This document shows, piece by piece, positions 49,601 through 62,200 of a stretch of DNA of 64,000 nucleotides. The notes under the pieces are model-generated. The model was not told the origin of the DNA. It saw nothing but the letters and a program-made list of their open reading frames with translations, and did no database searches. Position numbers and translations under genes: made by a program. Every line of letters starts with the position of its first letter. The first letter of the stretch is position 1. Where the stretch lies: the NCBI RefSeq assembly GCF_000315625.1, contig NW_005434632.1:95901-159900 (forward strand), given 5' to 3'. Source of the DNA: Guillardia theta CCMP2712. Its lineage: Eukaryota; Protista; Cryptophyta.

Positions 49601-51130
49601 CACTCAAGATCAGGGTGCCCGGAGGAATCATTTCCAGGTCCTTCGTGCAGGTTGATTCCTCCTGTCTCCTCCTGCCTCCTCCTCCTCCTCCTCCTCCTCC
49701 TCCTCCTCCTCCTCCTCCTCCTCCTCCTCCTCCTCCTGCCTCCTCCTCCTCCTCCTCCTCCTCCTCCTCCTCCTCCTCCTCCTCCTCCTCCTGCCTCCTC
49801 CTGCCTCCTCCTCCTCCTCCTCCTCCTCCTCCTCCTCCTCCTGCCTCCTCCTCTCGTTTTCGCCTTCTCCTGCTTCTGCTCCTCATGATCCTCACAAACT
49901 CAGGACTACCTGTGGGACTGCAATCCAGCAGACTACGAGGAGGCAAGGCTCTTTGCGACAATCGAAGAGGTAGAGGAGCTGTCCTGCCGATCCTGCTGCG
50001 CGGGTTGTAGAGAGCAAGAGCCTTACCGCCTACGAGCAGGAGAAGCAGGAGATTTGGCGGCAAGTCAAACGGCACATGAGTAGCATCAAGGATCACGTGG
50101 CTCCTTCCTCATTCGCAGAGGCCATGTCGCATGTAACCCCCGACCTCTGACGCCTCCTGTGATGGTTTGAGGGACCACGTCAGGTGCTCATGGGAGCTCA
50201 GAAACCGACGCCTGCGACCAAGGTCAAGATTGACTCCCTTCCCTCTCGCTCCTTGTGACGTCATAGAGCAGAAGAAGATCGAGGCTTTCCTCCTCCACGT
50301 TGCTGGCTATGCTGTACAACCTGCCGCCTCTGCTGGTACCTCTCGTTTGTCTCCTCAGAGCTGGTCGGCTGAACCTGTCGCAGGGCCAGGTCAGGTAGGG
50401 AGTCAGCCATCGAAGCAAGGTGCTCGCAGCACCTCTCGTTTCCTTTTCTTCTCCTCTTCCTCCTCTTCCTCCTCTTCCTCCTCTTCCTTCTCTTTCTCTT
50501 CTTCCTCCTCCTTCTTCGCCTCTTTCTCTTCCTCCTCCTCCGCCTCACCTTCCTACAGATGAGGACCGACCTCAAACAGCTCCTGTCAAGTCCAGCACGA
50601 GCCAGCTGCACAAGATCGCCAAGTTTGCGGGATCTTTCCTGGGAAAGAAGAGTTCGACCCCCTCTTCTCTGTCGCGCATGTTGGCGACGCCGTCGTTGGA
50701 GCAGTATGACTCGAGGGAGGAGGAGGCTGGAAGGTTTGACCATGTTGGTTGATCCTGCAGGCATGGAAAGGAAGCGTCTGATGAGGAGGAGGAGGTTGTT
50801 GTGAACATCAAGAAGCCTCCGTTTGCTGTTCGTCTCTTCTGATTTCTCAGCCACGTGCTGATTTCTTGACAGTATGCCAAGGCCGTCGCTTCTCATGGCG
50901 GAGGCTCCAGTACGATGCGGCCGTCGACTGCCCCGCAATCTCTCGGTCCCGGACTTGCTGAGAGGGAGCTCAGACTGATCGACTGCTCTTGTCTTAGGCT
51001 CGTTGCTCAAAGGAAGCATGTGGTCTACCAAGACGCCGGTGAAACTTTCTTTCTATCACCTTCTGCTGCTAGAGCTTGTTCGATGTGCTTGTTTATGTTT
51101 GTTGCAGGTGGAGGATGGTCAGCAGGATGA
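46636..51130 (+). CDS. Large hypothetical coiled-coil, E/R-rich protein (many exons); ends approximate
   Basis: Consecutive + strand exons with GT-AG introns and a long charged E/R/K segment (47650-48657). Family not recognised. Confidence 0.55.
49660..49852 (+). repeat. (CCT)n microsatellite, intronic
   Basis: Seen directly. Confidence 0.95.
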
Positions 51131-51199
51131 TTTTGATTTCTGAGTAAAGGTTCTGCCCCTGCTCTGAGACTCCTGCCGTCCCCCTTCTCCTCCTCTTCC

Positions 51200-51776
51200 T
51201 CCTCCTTCCCTCCCCGGCTCAGATAGCAGCCGATCGCTACGATTCTCCGCCTGGTCAGATTTCTTTCCTTTCTCGGGGACCTTGACGAGCTGAAGTGGAA
51301 GCAGGGTACGGCACATTTGATTTCATTTCCTTTGTCTTACATTTTCAACTCTCCTGCTCTTTTTGTCGCCTCTTGCTCCTCCTCTCTTTCCTCGCCCTCT
51401 CGCCCCTCCCTCCAGCTCTCCCTCCCTTAGCGCCCGCTAGCTTGCGGTTCTATTTCTCTTCCTTGCCCGTGTGCGAAGGGCTGGAGAATCTGCAAGGGAT
51501 TAGACGCAGAGTTTGATTGTTGCTCTGTGCTGACCTGCCGACTTGAACCAATCATGTTTCTTCGCTTCCTGCCACCACATTAGGTCAATGGCGCGGGTGA
51601 GGAGATGATTCGATAGTTAGATCATCATCATCATCTTCATTTTCATCTCCGTCGTCGTCGCCGCCATCTTTCTTCACCCCCCTGCCCCTCCCCCCCCATC
51701 CTGCTCCTCCCGCTGCTCCTCCTTCTCCAATCCTCCTCCTCCTCCTCCTCCTCCTCCTCCTCCTCCTCCTCCTCAT

Positions 51777-51807
<31 letters not shown>

Positions 51808-54800
51808 AGCAGGTGGTCGACGAGGATGACTTGCTGACCTTGGCTGAGATCCGTTCTCGAGGGTCGGGTTTGACGAGAGAGGAGATGAGATCCTTGACTA
51901 AGAAGCTGAGGCACTTCCATCTCTACAAGAGAGTAAAACAAGGGCAGGAAGCACAACAAGTGACCTCTCCAGGGAATTCCTCATCATCGCTCTCCCTATC
52001 AGAAGCAGCAGCAGCAGCGGCAAACCCAGTTGGCAGATCTGATTGAAGTATGAGACTATTGTTCGGTTGCTAATGTTTTCTTTACTTCCCAGCGCCTTGA
52101 TGTCCAACCCGCTCAGCATCTGATACAGTGTGAAACCCAACGACCAGGAATCGACCTTGAAGTCATAGGGTTTCGCTGAAGTCTATGTCAGCAGCAGCCA
52201 GCTCCAGCAAGGAGGGAGGACAGGTGAGCAAAAAGAGATACAAGACAGCACAGGGCAGGGCAGGGCAGAGCAGGGCAGGGCAGGGCAGGGCAGGGCAGGG
52301 CAGGGCAGGGCAAGGGGACAAGGCAGGGCAGGGCAGGGCAGGGCAGGGCAGGGCAGGGCAGGGCAAGGGGACAAGGCAGGACAGGGCAGGGGTACAAGGC
52401 AGGGCAGGGCAGGGCAGGGCAGGGCAAGGGGACAAGGCAGGGCAGGGCAGGGGGACAAGGCAGGGCAGGGCCACAGAAAGGACGAAAGAGACAGGCAGGC
52501 AAGCAAGGGACTTGAGCGCTTGACTTCACCTCCCCCTTCAGACACCTCAGGTGCGATGTAGCCAGGAGTTCCAATGTAGCTCGAGCAGCGTCTGCAAGGT
52601 TTCAAGTCACTTGCTGATGCTGATGCTGATGCTGAAATCACCCATCGGGAATCAACTTCGACACGCCGAAATCGCAGAGCTGGGAGGAATGAGGCAGAGC
52701 AAAGCAGGAGAAAGGAACGGCACCTTAGTATCTCCTGAAGGGTCCAGTCTTGTGAGGAGAATGTTCTCTGGCTTCAAGTCACGATGAATGATCTGTTTGC
52801 AAAGAAGATTGAGCCACTTCATATCAGCACAACAAGAAGCCTTCACACATCAAGAAACATGTACACATCAAGAAACGTATACACAACAAGAATCTTATCG
52901 CTTTGACCTGTCTGTCATGGAGATAATCCAGGGCATCGAAGATCTGAGCAAACCACTTTGCAGCCTGCGATCAATCACGACATAGAGTATCAGAGGAAGA
53001 AAGAATGGCGGGAAGCCAAACCAAGACACCAATGTAGAAGAGGAGGGGGAGGAGGCAGGAGGGAGGAGGGAGGAAGGAAGAGGTGGAAAGAGGAGGGAGA
53101 AGGGAAGAGGGAGGCACTGCAGGCTAAGGATGAAGGGAAGCGGAGAAGCAGCAGAGGGCAGCGAGGAGGAGAGAGCAAGTCAAACCAGCGACTCTTCAAT
53201 GCCATCCGAATTCTCAGGATCCTGCAGGACTTGACTCAAGTAGTCAAAGAAATCTCCCGCGAGCTGTGAAGGCGACCTCAGCTCTATCGACAAAGATCCT
53301 CCTGACCTGCTCCATGACGATGCAGAGTGAAGATCGATCAATGCAGACGTCTTCGAGCTTGACGATCTGACCTTCACTTAGCTGCCGTTCCGATCATGCA
53401 GAAGAGAACAAAGAGAACAAGCTTATACATGGGGGTGCTTGACCATCATCATTAGATCCAACTCTTTGTTGCGTTGCTCGTCCGATTGTGTATTTCTCCT
53501 CTGAATGGATTTGAACTTCTTACACACAAAGACTTGCTTATCCGCCTTTCGTACCACACGACGCATCTGCAAAACTGGTCGAATCTGAACGTTCTTGTTT
53601 CTCATCTCACCTCTATGCCAACAGATTTGTTTTCATGAAATTTCTCCAGGATGTTGTATTTCTTCGTCAAACCTTCACTCTAGATCATACAAGCACAATC
53701 TGGCCACCCTACCTGCATACTCCGCGTTGATAGCTGCCTGGTCTTCTGTCGGCCGAGGAACCACACTTGCTGCTGTGATCGGAGTGTTTTCACTGGATTG
53801 ATGGACCTGTTCTAATTTGTATGAAACAAATGTCTTGCACGCCAGTCAAGCAACATCGAAAAACTCTCAGAAGGGTACATCACCTGTTTCTTCTTGTCGA
53901 TGAACAAGAAAGAGTTCGAGTGCTTTCGAGAAAGATCGATGACGTCAAGGTGGCGCAACTCTACCGATCCCTCAACAGTCATATGGTTGGCGTAAGTGCG
54001 ATTGGTAGTTGACAAATGCTCAAGTTTGATCTCATACTCCGTCTCATCCTCCATACTGCCGAACACGTGCTCTGAACCGCTCCTCAGCATGAAAGTGATG
54101 CGGCAATGCTGCTTGCTAACATCCTTGACCGGCACTAGAACATCGCATCCTTCTTGTCTCCCGACCATCACCATCTTCTTGTCAAGAGCAAAGAACTTGT
54201 CGCTGCCCATCCTGATCAAAAATCGCTTCCCGGGATGCGCCTCCATCCCCCCATGCCATGCCCAGTAGTCGAGAAAGAGGCCGTTCTCCAGGGCTCTTGG
54301 AGGTCTGCCCATGGAGATACAGTCGCCCACCTGCACCAGGCCAGCAAGTCACGTGTGCACACAGCAAAGGAGGAGCAAACCTTGACCACAGCCGTTCTTC
54401 CTCGCCCGATCTTGTCCTGGTTGACATACGCGCCGTTGGTGCTCAGGTCGTGCAAGGTCACCGTGAACTGTTGGGAGGAGATTCATGTGGAGGACACAAT
54501 ATCCCGGCTACCATCACCTCCTCCTCCTCTTTGTGCGTGACGAGTCGAGCATGAAGGCTCGACGCAAATTTGTCGTACAGGACAACCTGGCATTATTTGT
54601 CACTCAGGGTTGGAAGTGCAGAGCAGAGGTCGTACTTGGCATCGGTCGTGTCTACCAAACAGGATGCACTTGCTGGCAAGACAGGTCAGAGATGGATACA
54701 GCATGCACCTGGCATGTTGCTACCTCTCGGTCAAGGCAAGGTCGCAACCTTTCTGTGTGTTGAGGGACCTTAGGATCAACATTCCCTGTCGAGCAGTTAT

Positions 54801-54821
54801 ACCCGCACAAGGATCAAACAT
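51200..54821 (-). CDS. Ser/Thr kinase (CAMK group, Chk2/Rad53-like) with two N-terminal FHA domains; 3' end approximate
   Basis: FHA1 FGRHDRC..SSLHA..DLSTNGAYV; FHA2 VGRQEGCD..SKQHC..STTNRTY; kinase FVCKKF, KHPH, HRDLKPENIL, CDFGVSK, GTPGYIAPE, VDSWSLG. Confidence 0.85.
52250..52470 (+). repeat. (CAGGG)n microsatellite in a kinase intron
   Basis: Seen directly. Confidence 0.95.
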
Positions 54822-55009
54822 GTATCCTTCTCCTCATCCTCCTCGTCCTCCTAACACTCCTTATCCTGCCTCCTCCTGCCTCCTTACTTCTGATTCCGCC
54901 TCTTCCTCCTCCTCTCCTCTACCACCTTCCGTCTTCTCCCTCCTCCCTCTCTTCTTCGAGCTGGGCAAGACTTTGGGAATTTTGTCGGGCAGCAGAACAA
55001 ATTCAGTTC

Positions 55010-55200
55010 CGAGTCTGTCGGATCACTAGACTCCCGCGGCCCCGGCCCGGCCCGCCGGCCGCCGGGGGCCGGCCGGGCCCGGGGGCCTACTACGTGGCAC
55101 TGCGGCACTGTGCCTCCTAGTCGTACTGAGTCACACGGACCGTGACCGACCTTTTCGCGCTGTAAACATCTTGTGACTCAACCTGACTCCTTCGCAGTCA
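55010..55200. promoter_or_regulatory. Short GC-rich island between divergent genes
   Basis: CCCGGCCCGGCCCGCCGGCC, TGAGTCA, CGTGACCG; between the kinase (-) and ORF 55857 (+). Confidence 0.55.
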
Positions 55201-55856
55201 AATGGAACAGTGGCTCTTAGGCTGGAGGCCGGCTTCGATGTCCGTTCGAAATCCAGTCAGTTTTCCAAATGCTATGTTGAATTTCAAAATTGCAGGCTGG
55301 ATTTTTAGACCGCGGCGTGTGTAGATCGGGAAATCACGAGCCTTCAGTCCCCCGTGACTGTTGTAGAGGTCTCGATCGACCGGTACAGAGTACGTGACAG
55401 TGATGGTCTTGAGGTGGGTCATGGGAACAATGTGCTGTTGTATGACCCCTACCTTCCTCGTGAGATTTCAGGGTGTGGTGGGGGGTCGTAAACCGTACGT
55501 CCGACATCGAGGTCACATGGCATGTTACGTGTCAGGGAAACAGAAAATTCCAGAGAATCGAAAACATTTCTTTTCGATTAATTTTTCTTGGAGTGAATTG
55601 CCCAACGAGTGTATTTTGAAGACGAGGTACATAATGTACCGGTATAATGGAGATTCTTTCAGGGGTGGGGGTAGTCCAGGGTTGCAGCCCCGATCCAACG
55701 CCCGAGATGCCTTTTTAGAACATGGGGAGAAATGGCAGGTAAGTCAATTTCGGGTGGGTCATTTCAGGGGTGAATGACGGGGTGGGGGTGCCAGGGGTAA
55801 CTGCGTGGAGTGATTTATCTTCACTCGGAGGAGGTACGAGGGGAATAGACGCGACA

Positions 55857-56183
55857 ATGGCCACGACGATAGGTCATGCACGTCCGGACCAGATAGAGGG
55901 GAAGCAGATCGTCGGCAACAAGCGGACGATCTCAGTGGACAGGCTCCAGACCCTCATTGACTCGGTCTACCTGGAACCAGAAGCTCCCTTCGAAGACCGG
56001 TTGTTGTCTTCCATGAACGAGGTTCAGGTTTCTTCAGATTCGCAGGGCCGATCTGCTGGGAGCTACAGGATCAAATACCAGTCCAGCATCAAGAAGAACG
56101 AGAAATTCACCGGAGTAAAGTTCTCATTGTTTCAGAAACGCCGTGCGTACAATCGTGCCCTTGGCCTGACTGCAAGCCAGTGA
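55857..56183 (+). CDS. Intronless small protein, 'YNRA' family member 3
   Basis: MATTIGHARP...YQSSIKKNEKFTGVKFSLFQKRRAYNRALG, followed by AATAAA. Confidence 0.7.
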   Translation: MATTIGHARPDQIEGKQIVGNKRTISVDRLQTLIDSVYLEPEAPFEDRLLSSMNEVQVSSDSQGRSAGSYRIKYQSSIKKNEKFTGVKFSLFQKRRAYNRALGLTASQ

Positions 56184-56827
56184 TGTCGTTTCAATGGAGA
56201 TCCTGAAGCGCAGCGACTCATTTTAACAATAAATTTTGAGCAACTCAAGAACAATCATCGTATTGATAGAGTATCGAATACTAGTTTCTGTCGGATATTT
56301 GTACTGTAGGTCAAGCCCTCAATCAAAGAGACTTGTTTTGGTTTATTTTGTTTCAGTTTTAAAGCAAACCTCACTTTGCTCGATGCCAGTTGTCTGAAGC
56401 CTTTCCCATGACAACAGATCCGGGTCTTGATTGCAACCTCTCCTTGTACATCCGAATCAAAACCTGAGACAGCGTAGAAGTTCATGTGTTTGTCAACTTG
56501 ATGTGCATTGTGCATTTTAGTTTTGCATCATCTTCGTACATGATCCTCATGGCATGCCTGCAGACTGATCCCTTAGATGAATCGTGCACTGTTGGAGCAA
56601 CAGTCACAGCCCTCACACAAAAGTAAAACTTGACATGTCCTTGTGCAGTGAAAGGGCTGTTTCTGGTTCAACCAACAATTGGTCAGTTGCCTTCCGGTCT
56701 TGCTCTTTCCTTTTGCCAAATACTGTTTTCTTGTGATCAGATTCACAGCTGAGCTCATCCCTTTAACTTTCCCAAAAATTCCAAAGCTCCAACCGTGGCA
56801 GTCAGTTGTGAAAAGTTGCCATGCCAT

Positions 56828-58578
56828 GATCGAATATCGGCCAATGAGCGGCTTCCGCCGCTCTGAAGTTTCAAGATTGTGCGAGTATACTAGTGACGAG
56901 TCGGTGGCAAACTGCCGCGTCAATGTGGAGGGAAAGTTCTAGAGAGCGTTTCTATCGCTGTGACGGCCGGGCAGTGTTGTGGCACAGGATTGCCAGGACT
57001 GTTCAGAGGACGGTTGAGATCCGTCACTATCGTCAGATCTCAGTCTGATCAGGGATTAGACTCGGAAACAAAGTCTGCTGGCCGCCTCAGAATTGGAATT
57101 GTCCACCTCGCAGCTTGAGCAAGCCCACCTTGGAGAAGACCTCCTTCTCCCTAGTCTTCCAACGCATCGCTTGCCACTCCACAGAGGATAATGAAGTTCT
57201 GCCATTGTGAGTGTATTTGCAAGTCGAACCGCCTGGACGTTCATGCTCAGGAACCTTCTCTTCCACCAGGGTGAGATCTGTCTTTGTTTCTGCGTGTCAG
57301 AGGAGTTACTAACCGCCTTTTCCCAGTTTCTTTCTGAGCGTGAGGAAGTCTTTGGGGAGATGGGTGTTCAGCTGGCTGGTACCGGGCTGCCTCGATCCTG
57401 TTGAAGAGGGCAAGATAGGAAGCTGGCTCGCCACTTTCTACTCTTCTTCGAGCCCCATTGAAGAGATGACTGACATTTTCCTGCAACACAAACTGAATGT
57501 CAAATCTTTCGTGTCCTCGATTGAGCTTCATCTGGCAAGGAAAGCTAGAATGTTGAGACAGCCTGCCTGCCTTCCCCCGGCGAAGCGGAGCAAGCAGACA
57601 TATGACTTGAAGCTTACAGAGGAAGACTTCGCCGATGATCAGAAGCAGGAAGTTGGATCTCCTGATGAACAAGAAGTTTGGTCGCCTTCGTCGCCAGAGA
57701 CTGATTGCCGATACTCCCCGATTCCTTCTGAGGAGGACCAGCTGAAAACAGTCCTTGCGAATCGGAATGTAGAGCCTAACACAGGCATTTCTCTTCCCCA
57801 TGATGAGACAAACAGGTATCTTGAATCGATCCTTGTTCGCACATCACTGACGCTTGGCTCGAAACGCAGAAAACCAACCAACCGCTCGGTTCCCGAAATG
57901 TCATTCTCGAGTGTGATATCATCCCTTTGCCCATCTAGAGCGAATGAGTTTGAAGGGGAGATGGTCCCTTCATGCATGCATGAAGAGTTTCCCATCGCAA
58001 ATAACTCGGCCGCGCAAAGTTTCAACGGGAGTTCACTCGGCTCGGACAGCACTGACGATACTGAGAGCGCAAAGGTATGGGCCCCTGTGTGATGTTTGAC
58101 TGCAACTGATGACCTCCTTCAGGCGCACTCCATAAATTCAAGGAGGACCGTATGCTCCTGCAGCTCCTCCGAGCCTGCTGAGTCACCGAGGAATCAAAGA
58201 AAGGCGCCGAACCTTAACGCGTCGGACTTCAGTGTCAGTCATCCCGAGGGCATGTCGTTCGATAGCATTTTTGGCACCGGCACTGAGGAAACCGAAGACA
58301 TCTGGAAAAGCAAGGACGCAAACGATAAAGAGAAATGCTCTCCAAATGACAATGCTCAGGATTCTGGCGTGGCAGCCAATGGTGAGTCCACTTCCTCCAA
58401 GCGCTCCAGGAACAGAGATATAGACAACGTGACATGGCGCCGGCGGATTGCGCAGCTGATGGTGTTCAAGCAGAAACATGGACATGTGATGGTATCGCAG
58501 AGTCAGAAATCTCCTTTCTTCGACGGCTCGCTCGGTTCTTGGGTCAGCAATCAAAGGGCTCTCCTGCACAAGCCCTAA
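56828..58578 (+). CDS. Protein with C-terminal helicase-associated (HA) domain, apparently truncated; start uncertain
   Basis: TWRRRIAQLMVFKQKHGHVMVS...LGSWVSNQR matches the HA pattern W...L..FK..HGH..V....LG.WV..QR. Confidence 0.7.
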
Positions 58579-59232
58579 AGCGTTTTTTGGGGGGGCTCGT
58601 AAGAGGATTTTGCTGCCCTTTCATTTTCCGATTCATGAATTTGAGGCAGGCTTGCTGTAGATGTGAGGGGCCGTTCGTGGACTCTGGACATGGGGGTGGG
58701 GGTCCGGCCGAGTCAAAAGTTCAACCGGTTTCTTTGTCAAGACACTTGACCAGCTATGGGGTAGGTAGTATGACCGGTGATTCTCCATACACTTAAAGAG
58801 GATGAAGGGGGGGTCATTGAACAGTGAAGTTGCCGGGCATGACCTTGAGAGGGTGGGTAGCGGAATGGATAGGGGTGGTCGCATTTGGGGTGCTGTAGGA
58901 TATTTGTCGGGCAGGCGCAGCGAGATGGCGCAAGAGCAGGGGCGACAATGGAGAAGGAGGAAGCGATGAGGACGAGCCTAGCGGCGCCTCCCCTGTCTGA
59001 ACGATGGTTGATATGACCCATGTTGCCAAAGGCTTCTTCCATCAAGAACAGTTCGATCGTCCCTTCTGACCCTTGCCCGAATCTGCTTTTGGTTACACAC
59101 TGAACCGGCGTTGTGCAGAACAAAGGGACAAGACGAATTGCAGGAAGCATACAACTCATGACTTTTTCATTTACTGTGAGTGGTTTAACGAATTCCTGAT
59201 CAAGAAGTGGACGGGTGGACTTGTTTTGCAGC

Positions 59233-62200
59233 ATGAGCGCAGCTCAGGTCATTCTTGTACATTCATTTGTTTCGATACTATTCGTCAGCGGGAGCGCATT
59301 GGCAGCAGAGAGATCTATCACTTCTGGCATCAAAACTGGATGGAACTCACTCTACAATTCAGACCATCTTTCAACACACCAGTCAGCCACCTACCAGCAT
59401 GACGTGCAACCGGCTGGGGCAAGATTCAGCGAAGTTCGACATAGGGTCGAAAAGTTATCTGGTGGAAGGAAATCAAAACAAAGAGGCCAATCGAGCAACA
59501 CCGATGTCCTCATGCGTGTATCTCCCTCCTCCACGTTCACAGTGAGCAGAACTGACGCAAAAGATGATGTCCTAATGGCAAGCGCCCTTTCAATGAATCT
59601 CATAGCAGGCAAAAACTCCGTGCTCATGGTAGTCGGACAGCAAACAACCACCATGATCAGCTTTCGTTCGGGATCTCCTCCTTTCATGCGCGTACAGGCA
59701 GGAGGAGCTTCTAAGATCGAGCAAGGAACAACATACCAGACAGTTGCGTACTGCGACGTCACCGACTACCCCACAGACGACCAGGTGCATCTGCTTATTG
59801 TAGAAGTGAGGGTGAAGCCAGGGAGGGTCAGGGTGTGGATAGATGGGAAGCAGGTGGGGTCGGGGGATGCTCCGTTTGGAGATCCGCTGAGAGACGACGA
59901 GTGGTGTGATGAGCAGGTTGGGAGGTTTGCAGTCAACACATCATTCGTAAGCTATGCCGGGGAGAGCTTCGATCCATGGCCGAACGCTGCTGCAACAGTC
60001 TCCTCGGATCTCTACTTTTTCGATTCCAAGGTGAAGTTGCAAGACATACCGGGGTTGATGACGTTTACACGGGCGTTGAGTACGACGAGCATTGGAAACT
60101 CCTCTGGATCTCAGAATGGGACCAGCGCAGGGGACGTGGTAGGTTCAAACAAGACAGCAGGCTGCACGAATGAGACCAGCAACATTTCAGCTTGTAACGA
60201 AACGACTGGTGTTTCGACTCCTCCGAAAATGTACTCAGTCACGCCATCCGTCTGTCAATTCTTCGGAGGGAACATCCTCAGGGTTTTCCTCAACAACGAC
60301 ACCTTCCGGAATCTTTCGATGTCCGCCAACTTTGTGCCACTCAAGTACACGAATTTGACTCTGAGTAGTGTCTTGGTACGATGTCCCTCCTTCTCGCAGA
60401 TTGGGTTGAAGGGAAACATAACAGTCAACCTGTTTGAGTCCGACGTCGTCATTGGCTGCTTCTTGTTTGTCTTTGCTCCGCGTCCCACCTCAATATCTCC
60501 CAACATCTTCTTCCAAGGAGGCGAGCTGGTCACCATATCGTCCGATTTCTCCCTCTTTGCCAACCTTACATGTTTCTTCCTCTTCGGCTCAACTCAAGCC
60601 ATCAACTTCTCCATCACAGACAGCCAGTTGACTCGAGCTGAAGCAATTGTGCCAGACTTGCTAGTCCCATCGCGATCAGAGCTCGTAGCGAATTGCTCCG
60701 GAGACGTCAAACACCTTAACGCTTACATTCGGCTAGTTGATCGACCGTCGATGGGCACCGTTACTGTGCAGGGAGAAGCATGCTACTGGTACTTAGGGTG
60801 CAAGTTGCAGGTCGTGATGAACAGTTTCTTTGGAGACATCAAATCTGCAAAACTTGACGTGTACAAGGTAGACAATCAGTCGACGAGGATCTCAGCTTCA
60901 TTCAAGGTCGACTATCTGGCATGGTGCTAGGGAAGCAGAAACCTGACATGAATTTTTGCACCAGGTTGTTTCGACGAACTCCAAGCAGACAGTCATTGAT
61001 GTGTATCTCCCAGCGCTTGAATCCGACGGCAAGTGGGAAGGCATCATCATCCCCAGCAACATCCCCAGCAACATCTTGAGGAGTGAGGTGCAGTTGGCGT
61101 TTCCCATCCCCCTCTCTCGCCCACCTCCCTCCATCTTCCGCATCCTCCCGTCTGCCGTGCAGCAGAACTCACCAACGGCGATGAAAGTTTGGCTGAGAGG
61201 CTTCGACGCGTTTCTCTCCGTTGCCGACGCGAACGTCTCTATCGCTGGTCAGGACGCCATCGAGCACGTCAGCATCGCCTTCTCTGACGAGTACGGTGAG
61301 GGTTCTTGTGCTTGACTCTCGGGCTTCTGATGATGCACACAGGGACCGAGATAGAGGTAGCAGTTGGCCCCCTTCCTCCCGGCCTCTTCCTCCTCACCGT
61401 CAGTAGGATCTCTCAGGACGTGTCCGCGTCTGCTCCTCTCATCTCCTACGACCCGACCATGGCGGCCGTCTCCCTCTCCTCCTCCGTCGTCCCCGCTGAC
61501 CAGCAGGTGAACCGAACATGGCGGCTGGTAGGAGCGACACGCCTGCTTCGCTCGTCCTTGTCTGTGCAGCTCGACGGCCGCCCGGTCGCCTTCGACTTCG
61601 TCGCAGAGCTCGAAGTGCGGGTGACGATCCCGAAGCCAGCGAGGGGAGACGCAAACGAAACGTCCCTCGTCTCCTACCTGACCTTCAACGACTTTTCCTC
61701 CTTCTTCGCGGCCTCCCCCATCACCTTCGTGTGGCCTCCCCGCATCCTCTCGTCCTCCTTCGAATCGCTGGGCACGACGATTCTCTTCCTCTTTGACCAG
61801 GACACCGACGCTCTCCTCGTCTCCTCCCCCTGCAGCGACTTCTTCCTCCTCCCCGACTCCATTGGCAACAGCACCCAGTGCCTGTGGTCGGACCCTTCCC
61901 GGCTGCTGCTCCTCCTCCCCAGCAACTCGGCGTTGAGGCCTGGAGACATGATACAGGCCCGCGGAGGGCTGAAGAACAGAGGAGGGGAGAGTTCCCCTTC
62001 CTCCCCCCAGCTTGTGACCCTGCTCAGTCCAGCTGAGCTCATCATCCCACAGCTGGACATCGCAGGACCCAACGTGATCAGCAGCTGCGACGAGGCGACT
62101 CTGCGCGTCTCCTCTTCCTTCCCCCGCATGTCTTCCTACTCCTGGGGCTGCAGCAATGACGCAGATCTGAACCAGCGGCTCAGCAGGGAGCAGGGAGACG

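Noticed and set aside
49316-50096. Poly-Pro/Leu/Gly ORFs (similarly 1458-2044, 11606-12151, 16856-17385, 52163-52641)
   Set aside because: Microsatellite read-through, mostly intronic.
52600-52645. Apparent DFS in place of DFG in the kinase
   Set aside because: That stretch is intronic. The upstream exon encodes LCDFGVSKLIPDG, spliced to RCSSYIGTPGY.
58573-58579. Single CCCTAAA telomere-like unit at the HA truncation
   Set aside because: One 7-mer is expected by chance; there is no array.
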